Shown here: positions 10,982 to 19,772 of the stretch, piece by piece
Position numbering within the stretch: position 1 is the stretch's first letter
Layout: every line of letters begins with the position of its first letter
NCBI GenBank assembly: GCA_963768855.1
Contig: CAVYJM010000010.1
Span: 128,001-192,000, forward strand
DNA: 64,000 nt
From: an uncultured Thermoplasmata archaeon
Lineage (GTDB): Archaea > Thermoplasmatota > Thermoplasmata > RBG-16-68-12
Reading direction: 5' to 3'
The notes under the pieces: generated by a model
Databases searched by the model: none
What the model was told of the DNA's origin: nothing
The model's input: only the letters and a program-made list of their open reading frames with translations
Translations under genes and position numbers: made by a program

Positions 10982-13405
10982 GTGACCGAATCGTGGGACG
11001 TGCGCATGCTGACGGCCTCCTACCGCCGCGACGGTCCGAAGGAGGAGCCCGTCATCGAGATCTTCGGACGCACGAAGGACGACCGTTCCATCACGATTGA
11101 ATACTGGGGCTTCTCCCCCTACTTCTACTGCATCGAACCGACCCAGGCCCTCCTGTCCGCCATGCAGCGCGACCCGGAGATCGTGCGGATCGAGGACGTG
11201 GAGCTCGAGATCGCGGGGCGCAAGCGCGCGTGCGGCAAGATACTCATGCACCACCCCTGGAAGACCCCGGAGTACCGCGAGCGGTGCCGCAAGTTCGGCA
11301 GCGAGGTGATGGCGGCGGACATCCCCTTCGCGCACCGCTTCATCTTCGACATGGATCTTCCCTCTTGCTTCCGCGTCCATGGCACGCCAGCCAAGGGACG
11401 ATACACGACCGACCTGATTGTGAAGGCGGAGCGGTTCGAACCGATCGAGCCCTTCAGCCCGAGATTGAAGATACTCTCCTTCGACATCGAGAACACGATT
11501 CAGAACCCGAAGCTCCTGTGCCTCGGGATGGCGTGGCGGGAGGTGGGCGAGCTCAAGACGGAGTGCCTGAGCGGCTCCGAACGAGACATCGTGAAGGGGT
11601 TCCTCGAGTTCGTCGAGAAGTTCGATCCGGACGTGATCACGGGCTACAACATCGACGGATACGACCTGCCCGTCCTCGAGGGCCGCGCGCGGATGAACGG
11701 CCTCTCCGGACTTACCCTGTCCCGGGATGGGATGCGGATCAGCAACGTCGGGGAGCGGTTCTGGCGCGCCCATGGTCGCATCATCGCAGACGCTTGGTGG
11801 TCCACGAAGGTCGAGCTCCATCCGAAGCAGGAGACGCTCGATGCCGTGGCGAAGTGGCTCCTGGGCGAGGGCAAGCACGATGTGGACCGTCGGAACATGG
11901 ACCAGGAGTGGGAGAAGGACAGAGTCCGCGTCATGGAGTACTGCAAGAAGGACGCGGAGCTCGCCCTGCGGATCCTGGAGAAGGTCGCGAAGCTGGACAA
12001 GTCGATGGACATCGCGGTCGTCTCGAAGCTGCCCGTGGACGACGTCTTCAATGGGCGGACCTCCCAGCTCATCGACTCGATCCTGATTCGGGCCGCCGAC
12101 AAGGGCCATTTCGGCGTCCCGATGACCCGCACCGGCTCCGGGGAGGCGCCCATCGAGGGAGGCTACGTGCACAGCCTCGATCCCGGGCTGTACGAATGGG
12201 TCGGGGTCCTCGACTTCACCTCGATGTACCCGTCCATCATCATCGAGAACAACATCTGCTTCACGACCCTGAACGAGACGGGCACGGTCATCAGTCCGAC
12301 GGGCGTGCGGTTCCTGGACAAGTCCGTGCGGGTCGGCCTGCTCCCCACGATTTTGGGGAACTTGATGCGGGAGCGCAAGGACGTCAAGGCGAAGCTCAAA
12401 ACGGAGAAGGACCCGGAGAAGCGCGCCTACTACGACCGCCTGCAGTTCGCGATCAAGATCCTGATGAACGCGTTCTACGGCGTCCTGGCGTCGTCGTTCT
12501 ACCGATTCACGAATCCGCAGATCGGCGCGAGCATCACGGCGTTCGCGAGGGAGAACATCAAGTCGATCATCACCCAGCTCGAGTCCGAGGGGATCCGCAT
12601 CCTGTATGCGGACACGGACAGCGTCTTCTTCGAGTCGCCCCAGAAAGACCTCGAGGAGACGAAGAAGATCGGCCGTCAGATTTCGGAGCGCTTCAGCCAC
12701 GGGAGCGTGAACATGGACTTCGAGCGGGTGCTCGAGACCTTCTTCAGCCACGGCAAGAAGAAGCGGTACGCCGCGAAGGTCGCCTGGCCCGTCGCCGGGG
12801 AGTTCATCGTGCGGGGCTACGAGATCCGAAGGACGGACGCGTTCAACCTGCAGGGCGAGGCCCAGAAGCGCGTGTTCGCCCTGATTCTGGACAAGGACAT
12901 TGACGGTGCGATCCGATTCGCGAAGGAGCTCGTGCAGAGCGTGAGGCAGGGCGTGATCCCGGACGACTTCCTGCCCGACGAAGGCGATCCGCTCGAGCCC
13001 CTGGTCATCTCCCGCACCGTGCGCGAGGAGAGCCGCTATGCGAACCCGGACTCCATGGCGAACGTCCAGGCGATGAACAAGCTCAAGGCCGTGGGGGAGG
13101 ACATCATGCCCGGGATGAAGGTCTCCTGGATCGTTGTCGACGCGAAGAAGACCCCCATGCAGGTCGAGCCCTATGTGTCCGGCCGGCCCTTCGCCGCGAA
13201 GCCCGATTGGGAGTACTACGCGAAGCGGGTGGCCCAGACCCTCTCGTACGTGACGGAGACCTACGGCTGGGACGAGAAGGAGCTCTACCAGGGGGCCCAG
13301 CAGCCGAAGCAGTTCACGCTCCTGGATGACGGCTTCGCGGACAAGCCGAAGAAGGCCGCGCCGGCGAAGACGGACAAGAAGCTCACCCTGGAGGACTTCT
13401 TCTGA
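10982..13405 (+). CDS. polB: Family B DNA polymerase with 3'-5' exonuclease
   Basis: ADIPFAHRF, SFDIE, GYNIDGYD, DFTSMYPSII, KILMNAFYG, YADTDS, C-terminal LEDFF. Confidence 0.97.
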   Translation: MTESWDVRMLTASYRRDGPKEEPVIEIFGRTKDDRSITIEYWGFSPYFYCIEPTQALLSAMQRDPEIVRIEDVELEIAGRKRACGKILMHHPWKTPEYRERCRKFGSEVMAADIPFAHRFIFDMDLPSCFRVHGTPAKGRYTTDLIVKAERFEPIEPFSPRLKILSFDIENTIQNPKLLCLGMAWREVGELKTECLSGSERDIVKGFLEFVEKFDPDVITGYNIDGYDLPVLEGRARMNGLSGLTLSRDGMRISNVGERFWRAHGRIIADAWWSTKVELHPKQETLDAVAKWLLGEGKHDVDRRNMDQEWEKDRVRVMEYCKKDAELALRILEKVAKLDKSMDIAVVSKLPVDDVFNGRTSQLIDSILIRAADKGHFGVPMTRTGSGEAPIEGGYVHSLDPGLYEWVGVLDFTSMYPSIIIENNICFTTLNETGTVISPTGVRFLDKSVRVGLLPTILGNLMRERKDVKAKLKTEKDPEKRAYYDRLQFAIKILMNAFYGVLASSFYRFTNPQIGASITAFARENIKSIITQLESEGIRILYADTDSVFFESPQKDLEETKKIGRQISERFSHGSVNMDFERVLETFFSHGKKKRYAAKVAWPVAGEFIVRGYEIRRTDAFNLQGEAQKRVFALILDKDIDGAIRFAKELVQSVRQGVIPDDFLPDEGDPLEPLVISRTVREESRYANPDSMANVQAMNKLKAVGEDIMPGMKVSWIVVDAKKTPMQVEPYVSGRPFAAKPDWEYYAKRVAQTLSYVTETYGWDEKELYQGAQQPKQFTLLDDGFADKPKKAAPAKTDKKLTLEDFF

Positions 13406-13563
13406 CCTCGTGGGAGGACGCGGTCTGCCGGTTCTGCGGGTGGGAGGGTTCCGGACCCACGCGCGACGCACACGGCTCCCTGTTCTGTCCGAAGTGCGGC
13501 AAGCCCGCGGAGTACAAGCTCGTCGTCGAGGAGCTCAAGCGCCAGGGGCTCTGGAAGGCGTAG
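13402..13563 (+). CDS. Small C4 zinc-finger protein, 53 aa, probable CTG start
   Basis: Not in track. MTSWEDAVCRFCGW...LFCPKCGKPAEYKLVVEELKRQGLWKA; GGAGG 7 nt upstream; CTGA overlap with the polB stop; ends 2 nt before the pfkB ATG. Confidence 0.65.
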   Translation: MTSWEDAVCRFCGWEGSGPTRDAHGSLFCPKCGKPAEYKLVVEELKRQGLWKA

Positions 13564-13565
13564 GC

Positions 13566-14513
13566 ATGCCCCGCAAGGTCCCGCGGATCCTCGCCGTGGG
13601 CGACGCAATCGTGGACATCGTCTCGCCGCCGCTGCAGGGACTGCCTCCCGGGGACGTGCAAGGCGAGGTGTCCGCGTTCGCGTTCCTCCCCGGGGGGAAC
13701 GCCACGAACTTCGCGCTTCAGGCCGCCGCGCTCGGGATGCGCACGAGCCTCGTTGCCTCCGTCGGGAAGGACTCCTTCGCCGACCTCCTCCGGCGCGCCT
13801 ACAAAGACCATGGCGTGGACGCCCGCCTGCGGGTCGATCCCCGCCGGCCCACGGGGACCACGGTCGCCCTCACGTGGCACGACGGGCGGCGTGCTCTGCT
13901 CACCGCCCTGGGAGCGAACGCCTCGCTCAAGGAGGCGGACGTCCCGGCGAGCCTCATGACGTCGGCGACCCACGTCCACCGCGCGGGCTTCTGGTGGGCC
14001 ACGGGCCTGATCGGCGCGCCCACCGCGCGGCTCCTGCGACGCGCGCATCGTGCAGGCGCGAGCACGTCGATGGACATCTCGACGGACCCGCAGGGATGGC
14101 CGCGGGCGCGGGTCGAGGCGGTGCGGTCCTGCCTCGCCCACGTGGACACGTTCTTCGCGAACGAGGTCGAGGTGTGCGCGGTCGCCGGCGTCCGCGATCC
14201 GATGCGCGCGGCGGAGCGGATCCTCGAGCATGGCGTCGCCGAGGTCGTCCTCCATCAAGGGGGCCGAGGAGCCACTTGGTTCCGCGAGGGCCAGCGCGCC
14301 ACGCTTCCCGCGTTCCCCGTGCCGGTCGACAATCCGACCGGCTGCGGGGACGTGTTCAACGCCGGGTATCTCTTCGCGAAGCTCTCCGGCGGGACGACGG
14401 AGGAGGCCCTGGGAATGGGCAATGCCCTCTCGGCCCTCCATCTTCAGGACCGCGGGAACCCCTATCCCGACCTGCGCCGCCTCCGCCAGTTCGTGCGCAC
14501 CGCCTCCGCGTGA
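13566..14513 (+). CDS. PfkB-family carbohydrate kinase
   Basis: GGNATNFA, VGKDSFAD, FANEVE, VDNPTGCGDVFNAG; start set at MPRKV. Confidence 0.92.
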   Translation: MPRKVPRILAVGDAIVDIVSPPLQGLPPGDVQGEVSAFAFLPGGNATNFALQAAALGMRTSLVASVGKDSFADLLRRAYKDHGVDARLRVDPRRPTGTTVALTWHDGRRALLTALGANASLKEADVPASLMTSATHVHRAGFWWATGLIGAPTARLLRRAHRAGASTSMDISTDPQGWPRARVEAVRSCLAHVDTFFANEVEVCAVAGVRDPMRAAERILEHGVAEVVLHQGGRGATWFREGQRATLPAFPVPVDNPTGCGDVFNAGYLFAKLSGGTTEEALGMGNALSALHLQDRGNPYPDLRRLRQFVRTASA

Positions 14514-14599
14514 TTCGGCGGCGTCGAGGCAGATTTCCACTTTCACCCTACTCCCCCTCGGACCCGCGTTCATAGGGAGGGAGCGCCTCGTCCGGCTCC

Positions 14600-15391
14600 G
14601 TGGCCCTCGCTTCGAAAACGGTCCAAGAGGAAGCCCTGGTTTCCCGGGAGGCGTGGGCCATGCTCGGCTGCTCGGACCTCGAGCCGTACACCGCTTGGGA
14701 CTTCCCGGACCAGGGGTCCGGTAGGACGCGCTACGGGGATCCGACCTTCAACGGCGTGACGCCGGCGCTGTGCGCCTTGAACCTCGTGCGCCGGTACACG
14801 CGGCCGGGCGACCTCGTCGTTGACCCCATGGCCGGCTCCGGGACCATCGCGGACGTGGCCCGTTCCCTCGGACGTAGGGCTGTCTCGCTGGACATCGCGC
14901 CGCGCCGCACGGACATCCTCCGTGCGGACGCTCGGTGCTGGCCTCTGCCGAACGGGATCGCGACCCTCGCGGTCATCGACTCCCCGTACTCCGACAACAT
15001 CGCGTACAGCGACGATCCGCGATGCCTCGGGCGGATCTCTTGCCGGGAGGGGCGATTCTACCGCGAGATGGCCCGTGTGGCCGACGAAGCGCGCCGCGTC
15101 TTGCGGCCGGGTGGGATCCTTGCATGGATCATCAGCGATGAGTACAAGGGCGGGGCGTACACCCCGGTCGGCTTCCGGCTGCAAACCGTCCTCGCGTCGC
15201 GCTTCGAGTTCCTCGATACGGTGGTCCTGCTGCGCCACAATGACCGTTCCGGGTCGCCGATGTGGGAGCACCGCGCACGCCGCTACAACTTCCTCCTTCG
15301 CGGGTTCAAGTTCCTCTTCCTCATGCGACGGCCCGCCGGGCCGCGAGGAGGGGTTGTCTATGGAAGACGCACTGGTGCGGACGAGCGATGA
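14600..15391 (+). CDS. Class I SAM-dependent amino-methyltransferase (N4/N6 DNA MTase or Trm11-like)
   Basis: VVDPMAGSGT motif I, IDSPY motif IV-like, VLRPGG. Confidence 0.8.
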   Translation: MALASKTVQEEALVSREAWAMLGCSDLEPYTAWDFPDQGSGRTRYGDPTFNGVTPALCALNLVRRYTRPGDLVVDPMAGSGTIADVARSLGRRAVSLDIAPRRTDILRADARCWPLPNGIATLAVIDSPYSDNIAYSDDPRCLGRISCREGRFYREMARVADEARRVLRPGGILAWIISDEYKGGAYTPVGFRLQTVLASRFEFLDTVVLLRHNDRSGSPMWEHRARRYNFLLRGFKFLFLMRRPAGPRGGVVYGRRTGADER

Positions 15392-15779
15392 ATCGCGCGA
15401 GATTGTGGGTCAGTTTCGGAAGCGGATCCAGGCCCTGGGCCATGCCCACGGGGACAAGATCCACGAAAAGGTGAGCAACTACTGGATCGGCTGGCGCAGC
15501 ACGCGCCACGGCCGGACGTTCGCCGAGATGCGCCCGCTCCAGGAGCGCGTCCAAGTCTTCATCCTCCCGAGGAAACGCGACCTGAAGGATCCGTCACGGC
15601 TCGCGAGGCCCGCGCCACCGACCCAGGGCTGGGGCTGGTTCCTCACGCGGTTCGATGTGCGGACCCTCGACGAGGTCGAGCCCGCCTTCCAGCTTATCCG
15701 CCAGTCATACGAACGTGGGCTGAACGGGCACGGCGCGGCGGGGACGCGGGGGCGCATCCGCGGCAAGCAAACCGTTTAA
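15360..15779 (+). CDS. Hypothetical protein, possibly DUF5655-like
   Basis: ATG 15360 with GGAGG upstream; ...YWIGWRSTRHGRTFAEMRP..., LIRQSYE near the C-terminus. Confidence 0.55.
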   Translation: MEDALVRTSDESREIVGQFRKRIQALGHAHGDKIHEKVSNYWIGWRSTRHGRTFAEMRPLQERVQVFILPRKRDLKDPSRLARPAPPTQGWGWFLTRFDVRTLDEVEPAFQLIRQSYERGLNGHGAAGTRGRIRGKQTV

Positions 15780-15803
15780 TACGCCCCCCTCCTTGGTCCG
15801 CCG

Positions 15804-15868
15804 CTTTCAGCGACCCTGGTCGGGAGATGTACCTTCGGGCGAATCCACAAATCCAGGGGGTTTGACCC
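15804..15868 (+). promoter_or_regulatory. Structured rpl15e 5' leader (candidate r-leader)
   Basis: TTTAAT at 15775. CCCUGG (15814-19) pairs with CCAGGG (15853-58), covering part of a G-rich SD-like run; inner CC-UUCG-GG hairpin. Confidence 0.35.
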
Positions 15869-16531
15869 ATGGCCGAGGAACCGAAAGCTCCGACACCGGA
15901 GCTCAGCATCGCGGGCGAGGAGGACCAGAAGAAGCCCGTCCGCCCGCGCAACTTGTACGGATATGTGAAAGAGGCCTGGAAGAAGCCCAAGGTGGGCGTC
16001 GTCGAGGAGACGCACTTCCAGCGCATGGTCGAGTGGCGGCGCGGGGCGGCCTTCGTGCGCCTCGAGCATCCGACGCGGATCGACCGGGCCCGCGAGCTCG
16101 GGTTCCGAGCGAAGCAGGGCTACATCATCGTCCGCGCGCGTGTGCGACGGGGTGGCCGCCGGCGTCCGCGGCCCATGGGCGGGCGGCACCCGAAGCGCCG
16201 AGGCCTGCGCAAGATCACGATGGGGAAGTCCATCCAGCGCATCGCGGAGGAGCGCGCCGCGAGCCACTACCCCAACATGGAGGTCCTCAACTCGTACTGG
16301 GTCGGCGAGGACGGGATGCACAAGTACTACGAGGTGATCCTCGTGGACCCGCAGCACCCGTCGATCCGCAACGACCCGAAGATCAACTGGATCTGCAGCC
16401 CCGCGAACCGAGGCCGCGTCTACCGCGGCCTGACGTCGGCGGGAAAGAAGGGCCGGAGCCTGATGTACAAGGGCAAGGGCGCGGAACGGTCCCGCCCAAG
16501 CGTCCTCTCGCACGAGCGCAAGGGGAAGTAA
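15869..16531 (+). CDS. rpl15e: 50S ribosomal protein L15e with acidic N-terminal extension
   Basis: [51 protein letters not shown]. Confidence 0.97.
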   Translation: MAEEPKAPTPELSIAGEEDQKKPVRPRNLYGYVKEAWKKPKVGVVEETHFQRMVEWRRGAAFVRLEHPTRIDRARELGFRAKQGYIIVRARVRRGGRRRPRPMGGRHPKRRGLRKITMGKSIQRIAEERAASHYPNMEVLNSYWVGEDGMHKYYEVILVDPQHPSIRNDPKINWICSPANRGRVYRGLTSAGKKGRSLMYKGKGAERSRPSVLSHERKGK

Positions 16532-16537
16532 GCGGCC

Positions 16538-17407
16538 TCATGCGGCCCGGATTCGCGCCGCGAGCGCCGCGACGTCCCGATCCTCGAGACCGACGACCGG
16601 TTCGAAGACCGGGACGGAGACCGGGGGCCGCCGGGTCGGGTCGAAGTCCCGGCCCCGCGTTCCGAGGAAGACCGCCCCGGCGCGCGCGACCCGGATGAGT
16701 TCCTCCAAGCCGTCGGACCCGGGAGCATCGAGCACCTTGAGGCCGGGCTCCCATGGACGGAGGGCGTCGGCATCCCGGGAATCCGGAGGGGCGGCGACCA
16801 CGACGCGGCAGCCCCGTTTCATCGCCATCCAAGCCGCAACCATGCCCGGTTCGCCGTCGACCACCGCGAGGGCGCGCCCCTGGCTCCCGAGAGGGAGGCC
16901 TCCGGGGCCCTCCCAGAACTCCTGGAAGACGAAGCCTCGGTTCTCCCGCACCTCGACGTGGATTTCCACCGCGGGCGCGCCCAGGTTCACCTTGGCCCCC
17001 GGGAAGGCATCCAGGATCGCGCCGCCGATCTCCTTTCCCAGGTCCTGGCTCGTGAACGGATGGGACCCGACGCGCCGCGGGCGCACGGCGAACGTGACGC
17101 CGGGTCCAAGGCCCGCCCGCTTCGCCTCCTCGACCGCGAGACGCTTGAGGGTCTCGAGGTCCCCATGGCCCTCCGTCGCGGGGCTGATGGACACGATGCC
17201 GAAGACGCGCCCGAGGATCGATCGGGCCCGTGCCGGATCGTCCACTCCGACGTAGATGCGGGCCTCATCCGCTTCCGTGACGCACTCGACGCCCTCCGCG
17301 GCAAAGAGGTCCTGAATATTCGCGACGAGCCGGTCGCGGAGCTGCCGCCGCACGTAGCGGCTCTTCAGGGCGATCTCTCCGAAGCGCACGAGGAGGACCA
17401 TGGCCAA
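16538..17407 (-). CDS. ThiI-like NFLD-THUMP protein with a degenerate PP-loop domain
   Basis: LVRFGEIALKS, THUMP domain, GPGGLPLGSQG; the expected SGGxDS reads DGEPG. Confidence 0.8.
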   Translation of the reverse strand: MAMVLLVRFGEIALKSRYVRRQLRDRLVANIQDLFAAEGVECVTEADEARIYVGVDDPARARSILGRVFGIVSISPATEGHGDLETLKRLAVEEAKRAGLGPGVTFAVRPRRVGSHPFTSQDLGKEIGGAILDAFPGAKVNLGAPAVEIHVEVRENRGFVFQEFWEGPGGLPLGSQGRALAVVDGEPGMVAAWMAMKRGCRVVVAAPPDSRDADALRPWEPGLKVLDAPGSDGLEELIRVARAGAVFLGTRGRDFDPTRRPPVSVPVFEPVVGLEDRDVAALAARIRAA

Positions 17408-17475
17408 CCGGGGCTCGCGCGTCCCTAACGCACGGGACGCATTCTATTTATCTGCGCCCCGCCTCGCCCGGGTTC

Positions 17476-18297
17476 GTGGTCCTCGACCCGCTCACCGTGG
17501 TCCTGCAGATCTTCCTCATGTTCGGGGTGGCCTTCATCTACTCGAACCTCGGCCTGGGTGGCGGCCTGCTGTTCGTGCCGATCCTCCTGGCCACCGGGGT
17601 GTCGGATCCCATCCTCGCGGCCCCGATCTCCCTCACCCTGACCACGATGACCGCGGCCTCCTCCGTGATCAACCACCGCCGCAAGGGGTTCGTCGACTTC
17701 CGCCTGGGGCGCACCCTTGTCATCGGCACCCTCCTCGGCGCGGTCCTGGGCACCTACGCCCACATCGGCTTCGTGGGCAAGGACGCGTTCAAGGTCATCT
17801 TCGCAATCATCCTCGTCACCTTCGGCGCGGTCATGGTGCACGATTGGCTGAGGAACGCCCGCCCGGTCGACGAGGATGACGATTCGAAGGTGAACCCCAA
17901 GCGGGTGGCCGGGACGACCGTCACGATGGTCGGCTCGGGCTTCCTCTCCGGACTCGCGGGCGTCGGCGGCGGGCTCCTGAACGTCCCGCTGATCATCCTC
18001 CTCCTCGGCCGGAAGACACGCGTCGCGATCGGGACGTCGTCGTTCCTGATTGTCCCGACCGCCGCCCTGGGCTTCAGCCTGTACGTGTTCGGTCGGTACC
18101 TCGGCTCGTCTTCGTTCTCCTGGCCCGAGGAGTTCATCCTGATCCCGATTCTCATGCCCTTCGTCTTCGTCGGGGCGCTCCTCGGCTCCCGCCTGGGACT
18201 GGCGAAGCTGAAGACGCGCTCGGTCTCCCTGATCTTCATCCTCGTGATCTTCGTCGCGGCCGCCCAGATCCTCCTCGACATCCTCGGCATCCTGTGA
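17476..18297 (+). CDS. TauE/SafE family membrane transporter
   Basis: GLGGGLLFVP and GVGGGLLNVP duplicated motifs; multiple TM helices. Confidence 0.9.
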   Translation: MVLDPLTVVLQIFLMFGVAFIYSNLGLGGGLLFVPILLATGVSDPILAAPISLTLTTMTAASSVINHRRKGFVDFRLGRTLVIGTLLGAVLGTYAHIGFVGKDAFKVIFAIILVTFGAVMVHDWLRNARPVDEDDDSKVNPKRVAGTTVTMVGSGFLSGLAGVGGGLLNVPLIILLLGRKTRVAIGTSSFLIVPTAALGFSLYVFGRYLGSSSFSWPEEFILIPILMPFVFVGALLGSRLGLAKLKTRSVSLIFILVIFVAAAQILLDILGIL

Positions 18298-18349
18298 CGG
18301 GACGCATCGTCCACGCCGAGCGCCCTCCTTACAAAAGTGCCAAATAGCC

Positions 18350-18396
18350 GGCGATGGGTGCCCGCCATACCGGATTCAGGGATGGGATGACCCGCG
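18350..18396 (+). promoter_or_regulatory. Possible degenerate fluoride (crcB)-riboswitch-like element
   Basis: GGCGAUGG..CGCCAUA..AUGACCC at plausible spacing; lacks AAAC, a good P2 and the terminal UAC. Confidence 0.2.
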
Positions 18397-19661
18397 AGAA
18401 CGGATCGCGGTGGTTCTACAGCTACCTACCGCAAGGCATCGCCGGCGGCGCGACGTCGCCCCTCATCCCGCTGTTCGCGTACGCGCTAGGCGCGAGCCTC
18501 GGGGACGTCGGCATCATCGCCGCGGCCACGAGCATCGCGTCCGTCCCGGCTTTCATGCTCTGGGGCTCCCTCTCGGACCGGCTCAAGCAGAGGAAAGCCT
18601 TCCTCATCCTCGGGTTCCTGGGGACCGCCGTCAGCCTCCTTGCGATGGGCGTCTGCTTCAACCTCGGCGAGTTCTATCTGGCCAACCTCCTCATCGGCTT
18701 CCTCGGAGCGGCGAGCGCCCCCGTGGGGGCCGTCCTCGTCATGGAGACGACGGAACGGCCCAGATGGCCCAACCGCCTCGCCTTCATGAGCCAGCTCACC
18801 GGGGTGGGCTACATCGTCGGCCTGAGCGTCGGAGCCTTGTGGCTCGTCATCGGCCCCACCGTGCTGGACACGGAGAGCGCCATGCGTGGCCTCTTCGTTA
18901 TCGGGGCCGCGCTCGGCCTCCTCTCCGGTCTCCTCGCGGGCCTGTGGCTCAAGGAGCCGAAGGAGTACCTGGAGCGACGCTCGATCCATCTCGTCGACTC
19001 CCTGTTCCGGATCGAGCGAGTCAAGTTCCTGCCGATGCGGATGCTGCATTACCTGGATTTCCGGAACCACCACCGCGCGTCGAAGTTCTCCCCCTCGCTC
19101 CGGCTCTACCTGGCCTGCGTGTTCCTGCTGTTCAGCGGCTTCACCGCCTTCTACGCCTTCTTCCCGATCCTCCTGCAGCAGGTCTACGGGCTCTCGAACC
19201 CCGAGGTCTTCGCGGTCTACATCGCGAGCCAGATCGGTTCGGTGACTGCCTACGTCCGGGTGGGTCAATGGGTGCGGGACCGCGGCGGACGGCGCACCCA
19301 GATCTACGCATCACTTGGCCGGACGGTCCTCTTCCCTGCGTTCCTGGTCCTCGGCCTCCTCTCCCTGTCCCCCGTGGCCATCCTGGCGGGGATCCTGCTC
19401 CTGCACGCTGCGGTCGGTCTCTGCTGGGCCCTCATCAACGTGTCCGGCTCGACCCTGGTGTCCGAGCTGGCTCCCGACGATGGCCGGGCGGAGGCCATGG
19501 GCGCATACAACGCGGTGCAAGGCTTCGGATCCATCCTCGGCCCTCTCCTCGGGGGCTTCGTCGCCGAGTTCTATGGCTACGCTCCAGGGATTGCCGCGTG
19601 CGTCGCGTTCATCCTCGCCGGCGTTGCGATCCTCGCGTTGACCCGGTCCCTCGGGGACTGA
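18354..19661 (+). CDS. MFS transporter
   Basis: About 12 hydrophobic segments, motif A-like GSLSDRLKQRK; alternative start 18387. Confidence 0.9.
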   Translation: MGARHTGFRDGMTRENGSRWFYSYLPQGIAGGATSPLIPLFAYALGASLGDVGIIAAATSIASVPAFMLWGSLSDRLKQRKAFLILGFLGTAVSLLAMGVCFNLGEFYLANLLIGFLGAASAPVGAVLVMETTERPRWPNRLAFMSQLTGVGYIVGLSVGALWLVIGPTVLDTESAMRGLFVIGAALGLLSGLLAGLWLKEPKEYLERRSIHLVDSLFRIERVKFLPMRMLHYLDFRNHHRASKFSPSLRLYLACVFLLFSGFTAFYAFFPILLQQVYGLSNPEVFAVYIASQIGSVTAYVRVGQWVRDRGGRRTQIYASLGRTVLFPAFLVLGLLSLSPVAILAGILLLHAAVGLCWALINVSGSTLVSELAPDDGRAEAMGAYNAVQGFGSILGPLLGGFVAEFYGYAPGIAACVAFILAGVAILALTRSLGD

Positions 19662-19687
19662 GGGGGCCGCGGCCGGGCACATGGCCT

Positions 19688-19699
19688 CAAAGTACTTTG
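19688..19699. promoter_or_regulatory. Perfect 12-bp palindrome CAAAGTACTTTG
   Basis: Upstream of TTATCT (19734) of the dehydrogenase-gabT operon. Confidence 0.4.
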
Positions 19700-19772
19700 T
19701 GCAATTACCTCGTTCTTCCTCCGGGACAAGGCGTTATCTACCCTCCTGTCGTCAGGGTCCCACGGGTGTTCT

